Assembly: GCA_964035545.1 (NCBI GenBank)
Contig: CAXIUT010000099.1
Location: forward strand, 54,698 to 98,020
Reading direction: 5' to 3'
Origin: Bugula neritina
Lineage: Eukaryota; Animalia; Bryozoa
DNA length: 43,323 nucleotides
Both the position numbers and the translations under genes were made by a program. How positions within the stretch are numbered: the stretch's first letter is position 1; every line of letters begins with the position of its first letter. Of this stretch, positions 25,654 to 41,362 are shown in pieces. The notes below the pieces were generated by a model that had not been told where the DNA came from, ran no database searches, and saw nothing but the letters and a program-made list of their open reading frames with translations.

Positions 25654-28476
25654 TCATAAAAGAGATCTTGACATTAATGCCTTTTTTAAGTCAGAATAAT
25701 TGAACTAAAAACCATTTTTTAATAGATATTCTGGATGCACTCTTTGACTTTCAAGAAGAACACTTGACATTTACCCTAAAGTTAATTTGAAGAACCACTA
25801 TGGAACTCTAAACAAAGGTGTTCTATCATAGAGATTTCCCATAATTTTGAATAAACTGTCATAAGTATGATGTTCTGGGGAAGATAAGTTGATAGCTTTT
25901 CCTTGATAATTTTTATCTTTGTTCGCTATGTGATAAATTGCTGAACTTGCATCTTAGACATGAATCCAAGGCACATATTGTCCTCCATCTCCATATTTTT
26001 TACCTCTTAAAAGAGAAAATATCTTTAAAAATAATAATAAGGAGCCTTAAGATCCAAATACATGGCCAATACGTAATAGAATAGCATTAGGTAATTTTTA
26101 TTTAGTTCTTTTTTAAATTGATTTGAGACAGTTTATTCTAAAAGTCTCTTCTTATCCAATATTTGAAGTTTCTGAAAGAATTTAACTTGATCTTGAACCA
26201 TAGATACCTGCTGCTGAACTTTGTAAAAATAAAATATCTTTTTTAGAATTCTATATAGCTGAAGATAACAAATCAATACTACTAAGTCTACTTTAAACTA
26301 TCTTCTGTTTTATTTATTCAGTCCATCTATTTTATCCTGGATTGAAACCAGATAAATTAACTACAACATCTTTATCTCTTATGATTTATGTTATTTATTG
26401 ACGAGCTTTTTAAAATTATTCTTTAGAAGGTTAAGGATTCCATTTTTATATTTTAGCAAAAGGCAGTTCTTTGATTGATTCAGCTGATCTGGAAAGAATG
26501 GTGACATGCCAACCATTTTTATAGAAAGTTCTAGCTACTGATTTACCGATAAATCCACTTCCACCAGCAATAACAACTTGCTTATTTTTGTTTTAAGGTT
26601 TTAATTGTGGTTTGAAGGAACCTTTATACTTGAAAAAAGTTGAACCTCCTATGATTTTAGGATATTTTAGTACTCCATCAAAGTTCCATCCTTCTTGAGT
26701 TTGTGTCTAAATCCATTAACTGCTAAGAAGGAACATTTTGGGAATAGGCAATTTATAGTTCCAGAGCCATAGTCCAGTTGATTTGTAATGCAGACAATTT
26801 TATATTCTTGTGATATCATAGCCGAATCTAAAAATATTTTTAAGTTTATTGATTCCTAGACTTTATGTAAGAATTTGACCTGTTTAATTAGATTTGAAAT
26901 AAGGAGTTGATCTGAAATAAGTGGAATATATTTTAGCTCCTTTTTATCCCTAGTTAAACACTCTTGTCCACTTTTGTTATATTGCGTTTGTTTATTTATT
27001 AAACTAAGTATCCACATAGGCACCAAATTTTTTGTTTTATAAAGAACCTGATAATCCTAAAATATTTGTAAGAAAACCTCCTTATGTAGATACTATTCCT
27101 TAACCTGTCCCTATTAATTGCTATCTGAATAATTTGGTTGTTTAAGGTAGTCGATTAAAATTTTATTTACCCAATACTCTTTAAAATAGACAATTTTTAT
27201 GATTATTCTAAAATCCAATGTTGGGATTATAAATTGGCAACCAATGAAGATTACTGCTGGTTCCACCTAGAGAATAACTGACAGTTTTTTAGAATATTTT
27301 TTATTCTAGTCCATGTAGATATTTAGTTGATGTAGACATAAAAATATCTCTGAAGTAAGAAAGAGGTTTATCTAGTTGTCCTATTTTTGCTACTAAATCT
27401 GCCATGTTTTGTACTGTTTATGCTCTTTTACTTCTTTTTTTGATAAACTTTTATAATCCTGATCCATCTTTAAAGTCAATCATTGATACCAAATCCCATG
27501 CGCTTTATATTGCTAATCCTGCTCCTTGTGCTAGGTTAGGCGCAGTGGCATGAGCTGCATCACCAATGATAATAATGTTATTATTTTAAGATTTCCATGG
27601 AAATTAAGTAACTCCTTTTATTTTTTTTATATCAGTTCTTAAAATAGTTTATGCTGGAGTTCTACTTATCAACTATCTAATATTTATGGGTGCTTTCCAA
27701 TGTGAAAATAATTAAAGTATCCATTATTTATGTTATTATGAACAAGTATGACTTCCATGGTATTATGTTAATCCATACTTATTGATAGGAACAGCTATGA
27801 ACCAAAAAGTGTATGGTTTTTTTAAAGGAACATATCCGAATCGTTTTTCTGACCCCCAACTTTCAAATGCATGCTGATGCCATTCATCTTCAACTATTTT
27901 ATTTTTAGTTAGATCAACTACAGCTCTAAAATATGCATATCCGCAATGATAAGGCAAGATCTAAGGTTTTTTATGTTATTTCATTATAATATTTCTCACT
28001 GAGGAATTGATTCCATCTGCTCCGATTAGAGTATTTGTTGAAAATTATTCTCCAGTAGATAGTTTTATATCGACAGAATTTTTATGTGAGATAGCACTAT
28101 CTATTGACGTTCCTGTCTTTATTTATATGCCTAAAGATAAACATTTATCATAGAGTATTTTTATTAGCATTTATCGCTAGAGACACAGAATTTTATATCT
28201 TTTTGGAAAATTTATTTATGATGAAGCAAGCTTTTATCCCAAATGGTTAAAATAACTAGCTGACGGCATGTAATGACTGTGTTTTTATAGTTATTTTAAG
28301 ATTCCTAGCTGTTCAAAGACCATTTGTGATGGAGGCCATAATCCTATTCCTCCTCCGAAACTTTGTATGAGTACATCAGGTCTTTTTTATATGATCAGAG
28401 GGGTTTTTCCTGAAGTTTTAGCTGCTAAGGCAAGAGTAAGTCCACAAATACCTCCTCCTGCTATGACTACTTGCAT
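25654..28476 (-). CDS. Three-domain fusion: FAD-dependent monooxygenase + DUF4166-like + TIGR01777/SDR39U1-type NAD-dependent epimerase, 940 aa
   Basis: Intronless; GGGICGL, IGADGINSSVR, IGDAAHATAPNLAQGAGLAIE; LFERVLG..F.RLP...WTRVF...KYKGSF; IAGGSGFIG, VVNLSG, RWTEEIKQKIVESRL, GDGGQYVPWIHVED, LLESQRVHPEYL. Confidence 0.85.
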
Positions 28477-28592
28477 AATAAAAATCAATGATAAGTCTAA
28501 ATTAATATTTAAGTTATTAAATCAAAACTATAACGTTCTTTTTCATTTATTCTTTAAAACATTTGATATAATTTATCTATAATAATAACATA

Positions 28593-28979
28593 ATGTATCA
28601 CTCTAATCATAAATTTAGCAACCTCAAGAACCTTTCAAACCAATCATCGAAACTAAGCAATACCAAGTTGTCTTTTACTTAGCCTTCGCCTTTTACAGAA
28701 AAAGTCAACTAGCCTTACATGCCTCATGAATAATACAACTATAATCGTATATTTGAAGCGGGGCAACTAAACTGTCCCTTCGGCATAAGACCTCAAAATG
28801 TATTTCCCATGAAAGAGGAGTGGATGTCGACAGCTGAGAAGTAAAAATAATAAGAATGTTATGTTTTACAGGAGGTGAATTTGAATTAGCAGTTCTAGAT
28901 AATTTAGGAGCCTAAATTAACAGATTTTTCATAATGGGAAAATCAATAAGATTTTAACAATATTCAGTTCGAATAATGA
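28593..28979 (+). CDS. Hypothetical acidic protein (128 aa)
   Basis: Open ATG-TGA frame with higher GC than its flanks; no motif. Confidence 0.5.
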
Positions 28980-29025
28980 TCAGATATAACTTATTTAACT
29001 AAACTATTATACAAAAAAACATTAA

Positions 29026-30842
29026 TCACATTTAGTATTAATTTCCATATACCTTTTTAAATATTTCTTTAAATTAAGTATTCAATTTTTAAGAGAGCTT
29101 ACTGGTCTCATCTTTCTTTTACATTAACTTTTTCAACCTGTGACTTTGGTATATTTCAACATATTACTGGATCAACATATCGAACTGATTTAGTCTTTGC
29201 TAGCGAGCTAAATCTACTCCTTTATCCATTCCGAATACTTTTAATCGAATCATGTCCTACCTAAGAAGTAAAGTACATCTTTGAAGAGAGAGACCACTTG
29301 AAGCATATACTAAAGACCTGCCTTTATGAGAGTCATGTGTTTGCTTTGTATCATTTATTTTGATTTTTGTGCGATAGTTATACTAAACTATAGACTGATG
29401 CTTATTTTCGATGGTTTTAAAATTTGAGCTAAAACATCAGAAACAACATAGATATCGACTCTAAATATATCAATTATTACTTTTTGAGGGTTTGTATGAG
29501 TTGTTTAATATTGCCTTTCATCCATAGATCTAGTATGAGTTGAATTCCTTTTGCTCTTTGAGTCATAATAGTTAAAAATTTACTATGTTATTCTACCATC
29601 ATCTATTTAAGTTATGTACTCTATATTTTTCTATTACTGAACTATTCTGATGTCCTTTTAATACTACTAAGAGCATCATTGATATTTTAGTTTACACCTG
29701 AAAGTTGTTTGGCAATAGAATCATTTCTTTTAGACATGAGATTCTTTGTCTTTTAATTGGTGATATGCTGCATTGGATTAGAAAGGGTGTTACCTCTTTT
29801 TATCTTGTTGTTCTTTTGGATAGCATCGTCTATTTTCTATATTTTATCGTGAGAAATCGAATTATTACTATAGATATACTGACCTTTGAAGTTTACTTAT
29901 GATAGGTGGCATTCGTGGTAAGTCAATCCTCCTCCACTGTATGCAATTTGTCTGATTTTATCATTTACCATCATGCTAAGTATTCCTTTTGAACTTGTTT
30001 AAATATTGTCAGTAAGAATGAATTCTTTACTAGTATCCCACACTTTTAGATTATCAGTGCCTGCAGTAAAAAGATATTTATCTTAGTGGAATATTACAGA
30101 ATTGATAGGCATAGTTTAACTTTTAGTACTTCCAGCCAATGAATAAGGAGATTCTATTTCATAGACTCTAGCCATTCTATCCATATTACCTATTGCAAAT
30201 TGGTTAAAGCAGTTGCTATCTATCGATAATACTGATGAATCGATTTCGTATTGATAAATAGGTTTCATCATGCGAAGATCTATTGTTTGGACTATTCCAT
30301 CTTATCCTCCTGTAACAACTACTCTTGAATCTAGACCAATATTCAAGGCATTGATTCTTTTTTTATGGTTTTTGATGATCATGCAACAGTTTTTTGTTCT
30401 GAGATCCCAAAGCTTGCCATTCGTATCTGCTGAACCACTGACAATTAAATGATCATACTTCTTGTCAGCAAATAACGAACTTACCTCTACAGTATGTCCT
30501 TTGAGACAGAAGTTGACTAAATACAACAAAGGATACTTTTCTGTGAGTTGATGTCCCAGACATTAAGTGATCCTCGACTACTACCGACAATAATTGATTT
30601 TTAATTGGTCGTAAAGGTGAGAGAGGTGAGTGCTGATGGGTTGTTATTGGTTTGAGTATTGAGTACTGCAATGGGTTTTATTTTATCGATATTGTAGAGA
30701 ATGAGATTGTTCTATTAATCACCAACTGCAAAGGAGTGACTGTTTCCTTCTGCGAATTTGCCGCATATAATTTTTTTACCCATAGTTTGATAGTCATCTA
30801 GATAGAAAATAAAATACGTAACCGTTGATTCCGTTTTCGCAT
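29026..30842 (-). CDS. KATNB1: Katanin p80 WD40 subunit
   Basis: N-terminal WD40 repeats (LKGH...SGSADTNGKLWDLR) and C-terminal con80 region with GVDLAREQRL; 20-nt introns 29257-29276, 29461-29480, 30517-30536, 30798-30817. Confidence 0.85.
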
Positions 30843-31031
30843 TCTTTGATATTATTAATATAGATGGTTAATATAGGAATATTTAGATATTTGATTGAAA
30901 ACTTCCATTAATCGAGATAAAACATTCTTTTCTATTGAATTATTTTGAATAATAAAAGAATTAATTCATATCTAATGGTTGAATTGAGTATTAGATAGGT
31001 TAGTAAATTTATTTATTAATATTGATAAAGA

Positions 31032-31814
31032 ATGAAAAGTTGTGAGAGGATGAGGTACTGGAAGAAAAGGTATATGGACGGAATGAGTGCTTAAATGAAA
31101 TCAAAGCTGTCTCGTTCTTCATCATTTAGACCTAATAGTCAACAAACTAGTCATAGTTCTCGATTTCAAAAAACAAATCCTGAATCTAGATTTGGAAATG
31201 ATGGTAAATCAGAAGTGTTTCCTAAAAATAGAAGTAGTATTAATCTGTATCAGAAATTGAGTACTCAAATGAGTGATATTAAGTAGACACTGAAGGAATG
31301 TTTGATTTATTCATCGAAAGTAAAAAAAAGGACAAAATAAAAGCTAACAATATTTACAGAATAATGCAGTCAGAATATACAAGATAGATATAATTGCAAT
31401 TATAACAATACTTTAGGACATTTGAATGATAGAAATTTAAAGAAGAGAATTAAATCTAAAAAATAAATATTTGGGAAATCATCTCAAATTAAAGGATTTA
31501 ATTCTTATACGTAATCTAAGATATTATAAAGTGATGAAAAAGTTTTATTTTATGGTATTAGCTAGATAGATGGAAAGGAATTTAAGATAAAAATCAAATT
31601 AGGTCAAAATGGTTACTTCTTATATGCAAAAAATAGCTATATCAAGCTAATGATGGAAATGTACTATCAAGATTATATGAAGCTCCATGTAGGTATGCTT
31701 CGAGGAAATCCTTGTAATATTTTTAAGAATTTATCGATTGACTAATAATAGCTAGTGTTTAATATTAATGGCAAAGAGCCTCAATCAATTAGGACTTATC
31801 TTAATTACTACTGA
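31032..31814 (+). CDS. Hypothetical protein (260 aa)
   Basis: Continuous frame under UAR=Glu; contains ORF-track fragment 31095-31286. Confidence 0.6.
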
Positions 31815-31940
31815 TTAGTTTATAATTTTTATTGTATTTTTACCTACTTTAATATTAATTGATTAGTTATGTTTTATTTAATAGTTGGATAGTTCAAGAT
31901 ATTGATTTTCATAATTGAATAAATAAATTGATATTGATTG

Positions 31941-33390
31941 ATGCTATCTGTTCAGAAATTAGCGACTCGTCAACTGCTTACTCGTAATGCCTATTCATTA
32001 GGTTTTGGTAAGAAGAGAAAGGCAACTCCAAGTGATCTTTAGAAATACGATGTGGTGGTGGTTGGAGGAGGAATGGGAGCCATTTTGACCAACCATCTAG
32101 ACCACCTAGTCCAGGATAAATACAAAATGTACATCAGTTACGATAACGTGACAACTGAATTATACCCAGAAAGAAATCTTTATGAACAAGGATGGTAAAA
32201 TTATTTTAACATAGCATTACTAAATTTAATTTCTGTCTTCCTACTCGATAGGCTATCTGTAAAAATATTGGAAAGTCTGATTTCATTGGAGTGGAAAAAA
32301 TTAATCCTGAAAGTAATAAAGTCACTCTTAGAAATGGTAGAGTTATTCAATATTAAAATTTGGTTGTTGCTGCAGGTCAGAAAAACAACTTTCAATAAAT
32401 CAAAGGGTTCTAAGATGCATGGGCTGATCCTGTTCATCCATTCTTTACCAATCTTGATCATAGCTCATGGAAGTCTACTACTTCTAAAGCACCAAGAGCT
32501 CATCTCAACTTCAATGGAGGGTCTGCTTACTTCTATATTCCTCCAAACAACTATCATGGATAAATTGACCACTATAACTTCCTTGTTTCCAAAGCATATT
32601 GGAATCTTCATGCTAGTTCAGGAAAAATCAACTGGAACACATCTAACCTTACTATCGTTAACCCAAACAAAACTTTCTGCAAACACTTCAAAAAGGTTGA
32701 CGACTACTTGAAAAATGCCTGCTTTGAAAATAACATTAATATTGAGAATGATCTTACTTTGATTTAGGTGAGAAAGGTATTTATTTTATAATATAGAATG
32801 ACCAAACTGCTGTCTTCAGACATAATATATCAGGGTAAATTGTGGAAAGACCTTATGGAAATTTCTATTCTTTGATGCCTACTACTACTCATTCGATGAT
32901 TAGCTAGGCTGGACTGAGTGATTCAACTGGATTTCTTGATGTTGATCCATAAACTCTTCAGCATAAAAAGTATGCTAATATTTTTGGAGTTGGTGATGTT
33001 CTTAATGTTCCTACGACTAAATCTTTTTATGGAGGTATTTCTCAAGTAGCTGTGGTTCGTCATAATCTTTAGAGAGCATTGAATGGCTTATCTCTAAATG
33101 CTAAATATGATGGTTATGCCAAATTGACTTTACCTACTGGCATGTCTTCAATTGCTAATGTTGAGCATAAATATGGAGGTCAATAAATAGCTTTTTCAGC
33201 TGATGGAGCGGCATCATCTTTGAGGTTTAGTATGTATAGCATGACTGGTAAGCATAATGCATAAAAAATATATAAATTCAAAAGTTGGGGTCCTCCTTAT
33301 AACTATGTCAAGAAGACTTTCGATGGCGGAGATAGTCAAGCTGCTAAGATTGGAAATAGTCAACTTGAACCTGAAAAAAAAAGTGCCTGA
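31941..33390 (+). CDS. Mitochondrial sulfide:quinone oxidoreductase-like protein lacking catalytic cysteines (ATPTT1-like)
   Basis: Basic presequence, YDVVVVGGG, YENLVVAAG, LDVDPETLQHKKYANIFGVGD, PTTKS, AKYDGY; 20-nt introns 32195-32214, 32777-32796. Confidence 0.85.
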
Positions 33391-33536
33391 GTGATCAGAT
33401 ATAAAATAGAATTCTTATTTATCTATCAACTTAATATTAAAAATCGACTATTTTATTAATAGATTAAATTTTGAATTTCATTTTATTTTAATTTTATGAT
33501 TTAATGGATTAATAATGATAAATAATCAGCTATCAT

Positions 33537-35914
<2,378 letters not shown>

Positions 35915-36089
35915 TTGAATTATTAACTAAAATTAGCGCTTCTGTATTTAAATTATCAAATCCAATATTTCACTCGTATATATAACCCTTCAAATTATCA
36001 AAATATTTAAGATATAGAAATGTGCTAAAATGAAGTTAATTTAATTTTTATTCAATAATCATAGAGATTTATCTTTTATTATTTTATTG

Positions 36090-36908
36090 ATGAAGAATAA
36101 AAAAGGGCAAAGTCACTCAGAATTACTTCTTTATTGTTCTTTGGCAATCAACGTAGTATGCCTAATACTGATATTTATTATGCTTTATAAATAAAAAAAG
36201 AATTAAAATCGAAGTAAAAGAGTCTCAAAACAAAAATATGATAGAGTAAATCCTTACATAACTTCGAACTATGATTCATAAGATAAAATATTGGGAATGA
36301 AGTTATTTTCTTTCAAAAATGATCCTTTGTTTAGTGAAAAAGAGTGTCAAACTAATATTAAATAAGGATTTAAAGAGAAATAAATAAAACCTAAAATAAA
36401 GTAGTAAATTGTTGAAGGAAATTAGAAGAAAAATTAAATATTAGTCAGTAGTTTAAGACAGTAAATTTAGATTGAACAACAAAGAAGCAAATATTTATAA
36501 GATAAACTATCTAAATTCGAATTAGAAACTTATTCTAAATAATAAAAAAGAAATAATTCGAAACCAAGTTAAAAGTATGAACTTTAAGTTGATAAATTTA
36601 GATCAAATTAAAGATATAGTTTTCATCAAGATAAGAACTAACTGTAATACTTGAAAAATTAGCTATAATTTTGTCAGAACAGGTTAGATCAAAGTTACTA
36701 AACCTAGAAAGAATTGAAGAAACAGATCAGTATATATAAAACGATGGGTTAACACATCTTAGACCATCCATAATATCATCGCTTAGTATAAATAAATGAA
36801 ATTCATCAAGAAATAATATGTAATCTCAGACAAGAGTTATTTTAAGAATCCAAATTCAAAGGATCAAGGAGTCATTCTCGTCTAAATTACTCTTTCAGAT
36901 AAGTATGA
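36090..36908 (+). CDS. Hypothetical protein with N-terminal TM helix and coiled coil (272 aa)
   Basis: LLLYCSLAINVVCLILIFIMLY hydrophobic segment; continuous frame. Confidence 0.6.
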
Positions 36909-36969
36909 AAAGAAATAATTATCTAATGATATTTTGTTTGATTATTTGCAATTATAATAATTATAAGAG

Positions 36970-39306
36970 ATGCCTAGGAGAAGATAAAAGAGAACTGATA
37001 CTTAAAATTCAGATGACTATGATGAGAAACCACAAAAAGAGAGAGTTTCGTATTTTGGTACTGTACGGATCAATAGGACCATAGCTCCTGATCAAATTGA
37101 AGGAGATGATTCATCAAAATATTCTATACTTGCTTGGGCCAATTCACTGCAGGCTCAAAGGTTGCTTCAATGGCCAGAGAGGAAGTAGTTATTTAGAAGA
37201 GCACTTTAATGTCTGCCTCATTCATATAAAATATGGCATATGTATCTTCAATAATTTATGGATTTCTGTTCATCTCGTTCACTTCGATCAAAGTAATGGA
37301 ACGAGTTGAATATTGCATTTGATGAGGCGATTAGTCGATTGCCTAAGATGCCTCGGATTTGGTTGATGTATGCTGAAACTTTAGAAAAACAACAGATGGT
37401 ATCAAAGGCAAGATAAGTCTACAATTGGTCTTTTAGAAATTTACCATTGACTCAACATTAAAAAATATGGCATAGATTTTCATTATGGTCAATGAAATTA
37501 GATAACACTGCAACTGCTTTGAGAGTAGTTCCCAGATATTTGAAAATAAATCCTGATTTCAAGGAAACTTATGCTGAATACTTATTTGAAAAAAAAATGT
37601 TTGATAAAGGAGCAGCAGTTATACAAGAGATACTTGAAGATAATGGATATCATAGTAAAGCTGGCAAGGATAAGAAAATATTTTATTTTTAGATGATAGA
37701 ACTAGTGACTTAACATCCAGATGATATAAAGTGTATTAATGGGTACATATTCATAAGAGATGCATTGAAGTTATACCCTGAGGATGCTGGTAAAGTTTGG
37801 GTGAAAATAAGTGATTATTTTATTAGATTAGGAGAATTTTAAAAAGCTAGAATGATATTATAAGAAGCAATTGAATCCATTGATAATGCTAAAGATTTTG
37901 GTATCATATTTAGTGCCTATATTAAATTTTCATAAGAAATGATTACTGCCCTTGCTAATTAAGAAATTCAATCTCAGTATGAAGTTGTTTAAACTGATAA
38001 TGTGGATTACTAAATTAAAAGTAGAATTTAAAGATTATAAAAATTATTGAAAAGACAACCTTACCTCTTATTAAATATTTCTATCAAAAAAAATCCAAAT
38101 TAAGTACAAAATTGGTTAAATTTAATAAAACTTTATCAAAAAGCTGAAGAAATCGATCAATGTTTCTAAGTGATAGAAAGAGCAATCGATGCTATTAACC
38201 CTTAGCTTACAGAAGGTAAACTTTCAGATATTTGGATTTAATTTTCTAAGATTTTACAAAATCAAAGATAAATTAAAAAATGTAATTTAGTATTACATCA
38301 AGCCACTCAAGTTCCATTTAGAATGATGGAAGATTATTTATCAATTTGGAGAAGATGGGTAGAAATGCTTCTAGAATAAAGATATTATGAAGATTCTTTA
38401 AGAGTTATAAAACATGTTCTTTTCAGAAAAAGAAAAGATTTAGATCCTAAAACAAAAAGTATTGAAGAAGCCCTTAAAGTTCATGCTACATTATGGCAGC
38501 TATATATTGATTTATAAATCAATTTCGGTAATTTCGATACCATAAAAACAGCATTTGAAAGGTGCAGAGAGCATAGAAGTCTTACACCTTTGATGTTGCT
38601 TAATTATACAACATTCCTTTGGTAGAATACTTACTTTTAGGAGACTTTTAGAGTATTTTAATTTGCTCTTTCGAATTTTAAATGGCCCAGTTTAAATTAA
38701 ATTTGGCTTGATTATATTAACAAATTTATAACTCGCTATGGTAATTCAGCAGCTGGTGTAGAAAGAGCCAGATCTATGTTTGAAAGACTGTTCAAAGATA
38801 TTCCTAAAGAGCATGCTGGTATTTTCTTTTATATTTATGCATAATTTTAATAGTAGTATGGTTTATATTCTCATGCTATTGAGATCTATGATAGAATGGT
38901 GAGAGGAGTTCTTCCAACTGAAAAATTCCAGGCGTATTCGATATATATCGCTAAAGTAGCCAAATTATTAGGAATTACTAAAACAAGACCAGTATTTGAA
39001 GATGCATTGCACAACTTAAAGGAGGGATAAATTTTGATTTTAGGGAGAAAATATGTAGAGTTAGAGACTAATTTGGGAGAAATATAAAGAGCAAGAGGAG
39101 TATTTGGTTATATTGGTCAATTTACTGATCCTAAAGATGATATGAATGCTTTATGGCGAGATTGGGAGAAATTTTAAGTCTAGTATGGAGATAAGGAGAG
39201 CTATAAAGAATATTTAAGAATTAAGCGATCAGTTGAGGCTAAATATGCTATGCTTCCTCCAGATTTGTAAAAAATATAGACTCAAGTAAAGAGTGGTCTT
39301 GTGTGA
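36970..39306 (+). CDS. SYF1: Pre-mRNA splicing factor SYF1/XAB2 (HAT repeats)
   Basis: LPHSYKIW, KMPRIWLMY, LPLTQHEKIW, ETNLGEIERARG, WEKFEVEYGD...LRIKRSV; 778-aa frame with no frame-shifting intron. Confidence 0.92.
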
Positions 39307-39434
39307 TAAATGCTTATTTGATTAAATATTATGATCAAAATATATTTAAGCTTTTAAAATATATTAATTTTACTTGATTACAAGTTATCAACGTTGCTTT
39401 ATATAATTCTGACAATTATTCTAATTTCAAACAG

Positions 39435-41083
39435 ATGTCAAACGAAAAAGTAAAGCTTTCTTAATCTAGCAACTTAAGGAAGAAATTCATCGTTTAAACT
39501 AGTAACTTAGAAAGCTTTAAGAAGAGAAAGAGGCTCATGAACATGAAAATAAAAAGCTATTGCTCGAGGTATGATAACAATTAGATAGGCTAATACAAAA
39601 TTAGATTTTCAGACTCGGAAAGCTGATTAATACTAACAAAAATATAAAGAGACTCTTAAATATAAAAACCAAGAATAAGAATTGAAGGAATTTGATAAAA
39701 AATTACAAGATAAATAGAACTAAATCATCAAACTCATGAGAGTAGATCATTAAAAAACTCAATAAATGCAGAGTCTTCTTGAATAAAATGATTAACTAAA
39801 GAAAAATGGCAGTAAGCTATAAAGTGATCTCAATCAGATAAAGTAGGCAGCTCTTAATGCGATAGTTGACAAGGATACAACAATTAACGAATTAACTGAT
39901 AAATTAGAATAGTACTAGAATTCATAAAATATTAATAACTTGAAAGCTTTGATGGCTGATATGCAATAGAAGTATGGAGAGTTGGAATAAAAAATGGATC
40001 AAACTAAACTTTAATGCAATCAGATTATTGAAGCAAAAGATGAAGAGATAAGTGAGTTAAATTAAAGGATAATTTCTTTAAAAGACAAAAATGAAGAAAG
40101 GATCTCACGAATGGAACAAGAGATAGTTAACTATGAAAAACATATCGAATAGATAACTGCAGAGAGAGATTATGATCAAAATTATTAAGAAAAATATTAT
40201 CATACTGAATAAAGGCTTAGAAAAACATAGAAAAAGTTAGTTGATTTAGAACAGCATACAGCAGATTAGAAAGATTAGCTAGTTCAAGCTATTCAAAAAT
40301 TAGAGCAAGATCAGTAGCATTTTAAGAATCAAAGTGAATAACTTAAAGATGTCAGAGGTAAAATGGCACATTTTGAGAAGTTAACTGAGTCGATAAAAAA
40401 AGAATGGGATTAACAGAAGTCTAAATATGAAAAGACAAATGAATAAAGTATAAGAAAGATAAGTCAACTTTAAAATTTTAAGAAAATAACAAACGATAAT
40501 TTATCGATAAAAAATCAAGAAATAGAAAGGTTAAAAGCAGATATTTAATAAAACAAGTTGAAATAAATACCTAACTTAAATAATAAGGCTGGATCAAGTG
40601 TGACTTCTCCTCAAAAGACTTCATAAGATAGTACTGGTTTGATTGAAAAACTTAAAAAGCAAAACAAGGATCTTTAGTAAGCAGTAAGTAATTTAATATT
40701 TAGAATGAATCTTTAAAGAGAAAGGTAGAAGAACAAACAAAAGAACTTCAATAATCAAGACAGAAGCTATTGCAGGCTAAAAGTTCAGGAAGTCATGAGG
40801 AGGTAAACAAATTGTAGGTAAAAATGGAAGAACTTACATCATATCTTAAGAAGGTAGAAGTAAATTATTATTTATAAAGTGTGATATGTTGATGAAGAAG
40901 ATAACACATGCTGAAGACTAAAACTTTTGGTCGATTAAGGAGAAAAAGTATAAAGAGGAGATAGAAAATATGAACAAAAAATTCAAAAAATAAAATTCTT
41001 AGTTGCTAGAAAGAATCGATCGGATGAAGAAGTTGGTTCCAAAGGATAAAAAAACAGATTACTATCAATCAGGATTTAAATGA
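39435..41083 (+). CDS. Long coiled-coil protein (522 aa)
   Basis: E/K/Q-rich heptads; 20-nt introns 39450-39469, 39569-39588, 40684-40703, 40860-40879. Confidence 0.8.
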
Positions 41084-41362
41084 TTGCTGTTTCTTTATCT
41101 AATACTGATAATTAAGCCGTTTAGATGTTGTTTTGAAATTATTTTTTTGTTTTATTAATGAAGTTCACAATTTTGTATCTATCAAATTATCCTCGATATA
41201 TTGTATAGCTTTTAATAGCTTTTATCAACTATCAAACTTATTAAGAGTGCTAAAGTCTTTCAGTTAAATCGAGATTTAGGCACAATAACTGATTTTTCAA
41301 TATCAACCCATTTTAATAATAATAAAAAAATATCTATCAATCATTATTTTTGTAGAAGTCAG

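Noticed and set aside
25654-28476. Bacterial contamination or chimeric join at the oxidoreductase fusion
   Set aside because: The gene uses TAR as Glu throughout, matches host AT content and sits tightly between host genes
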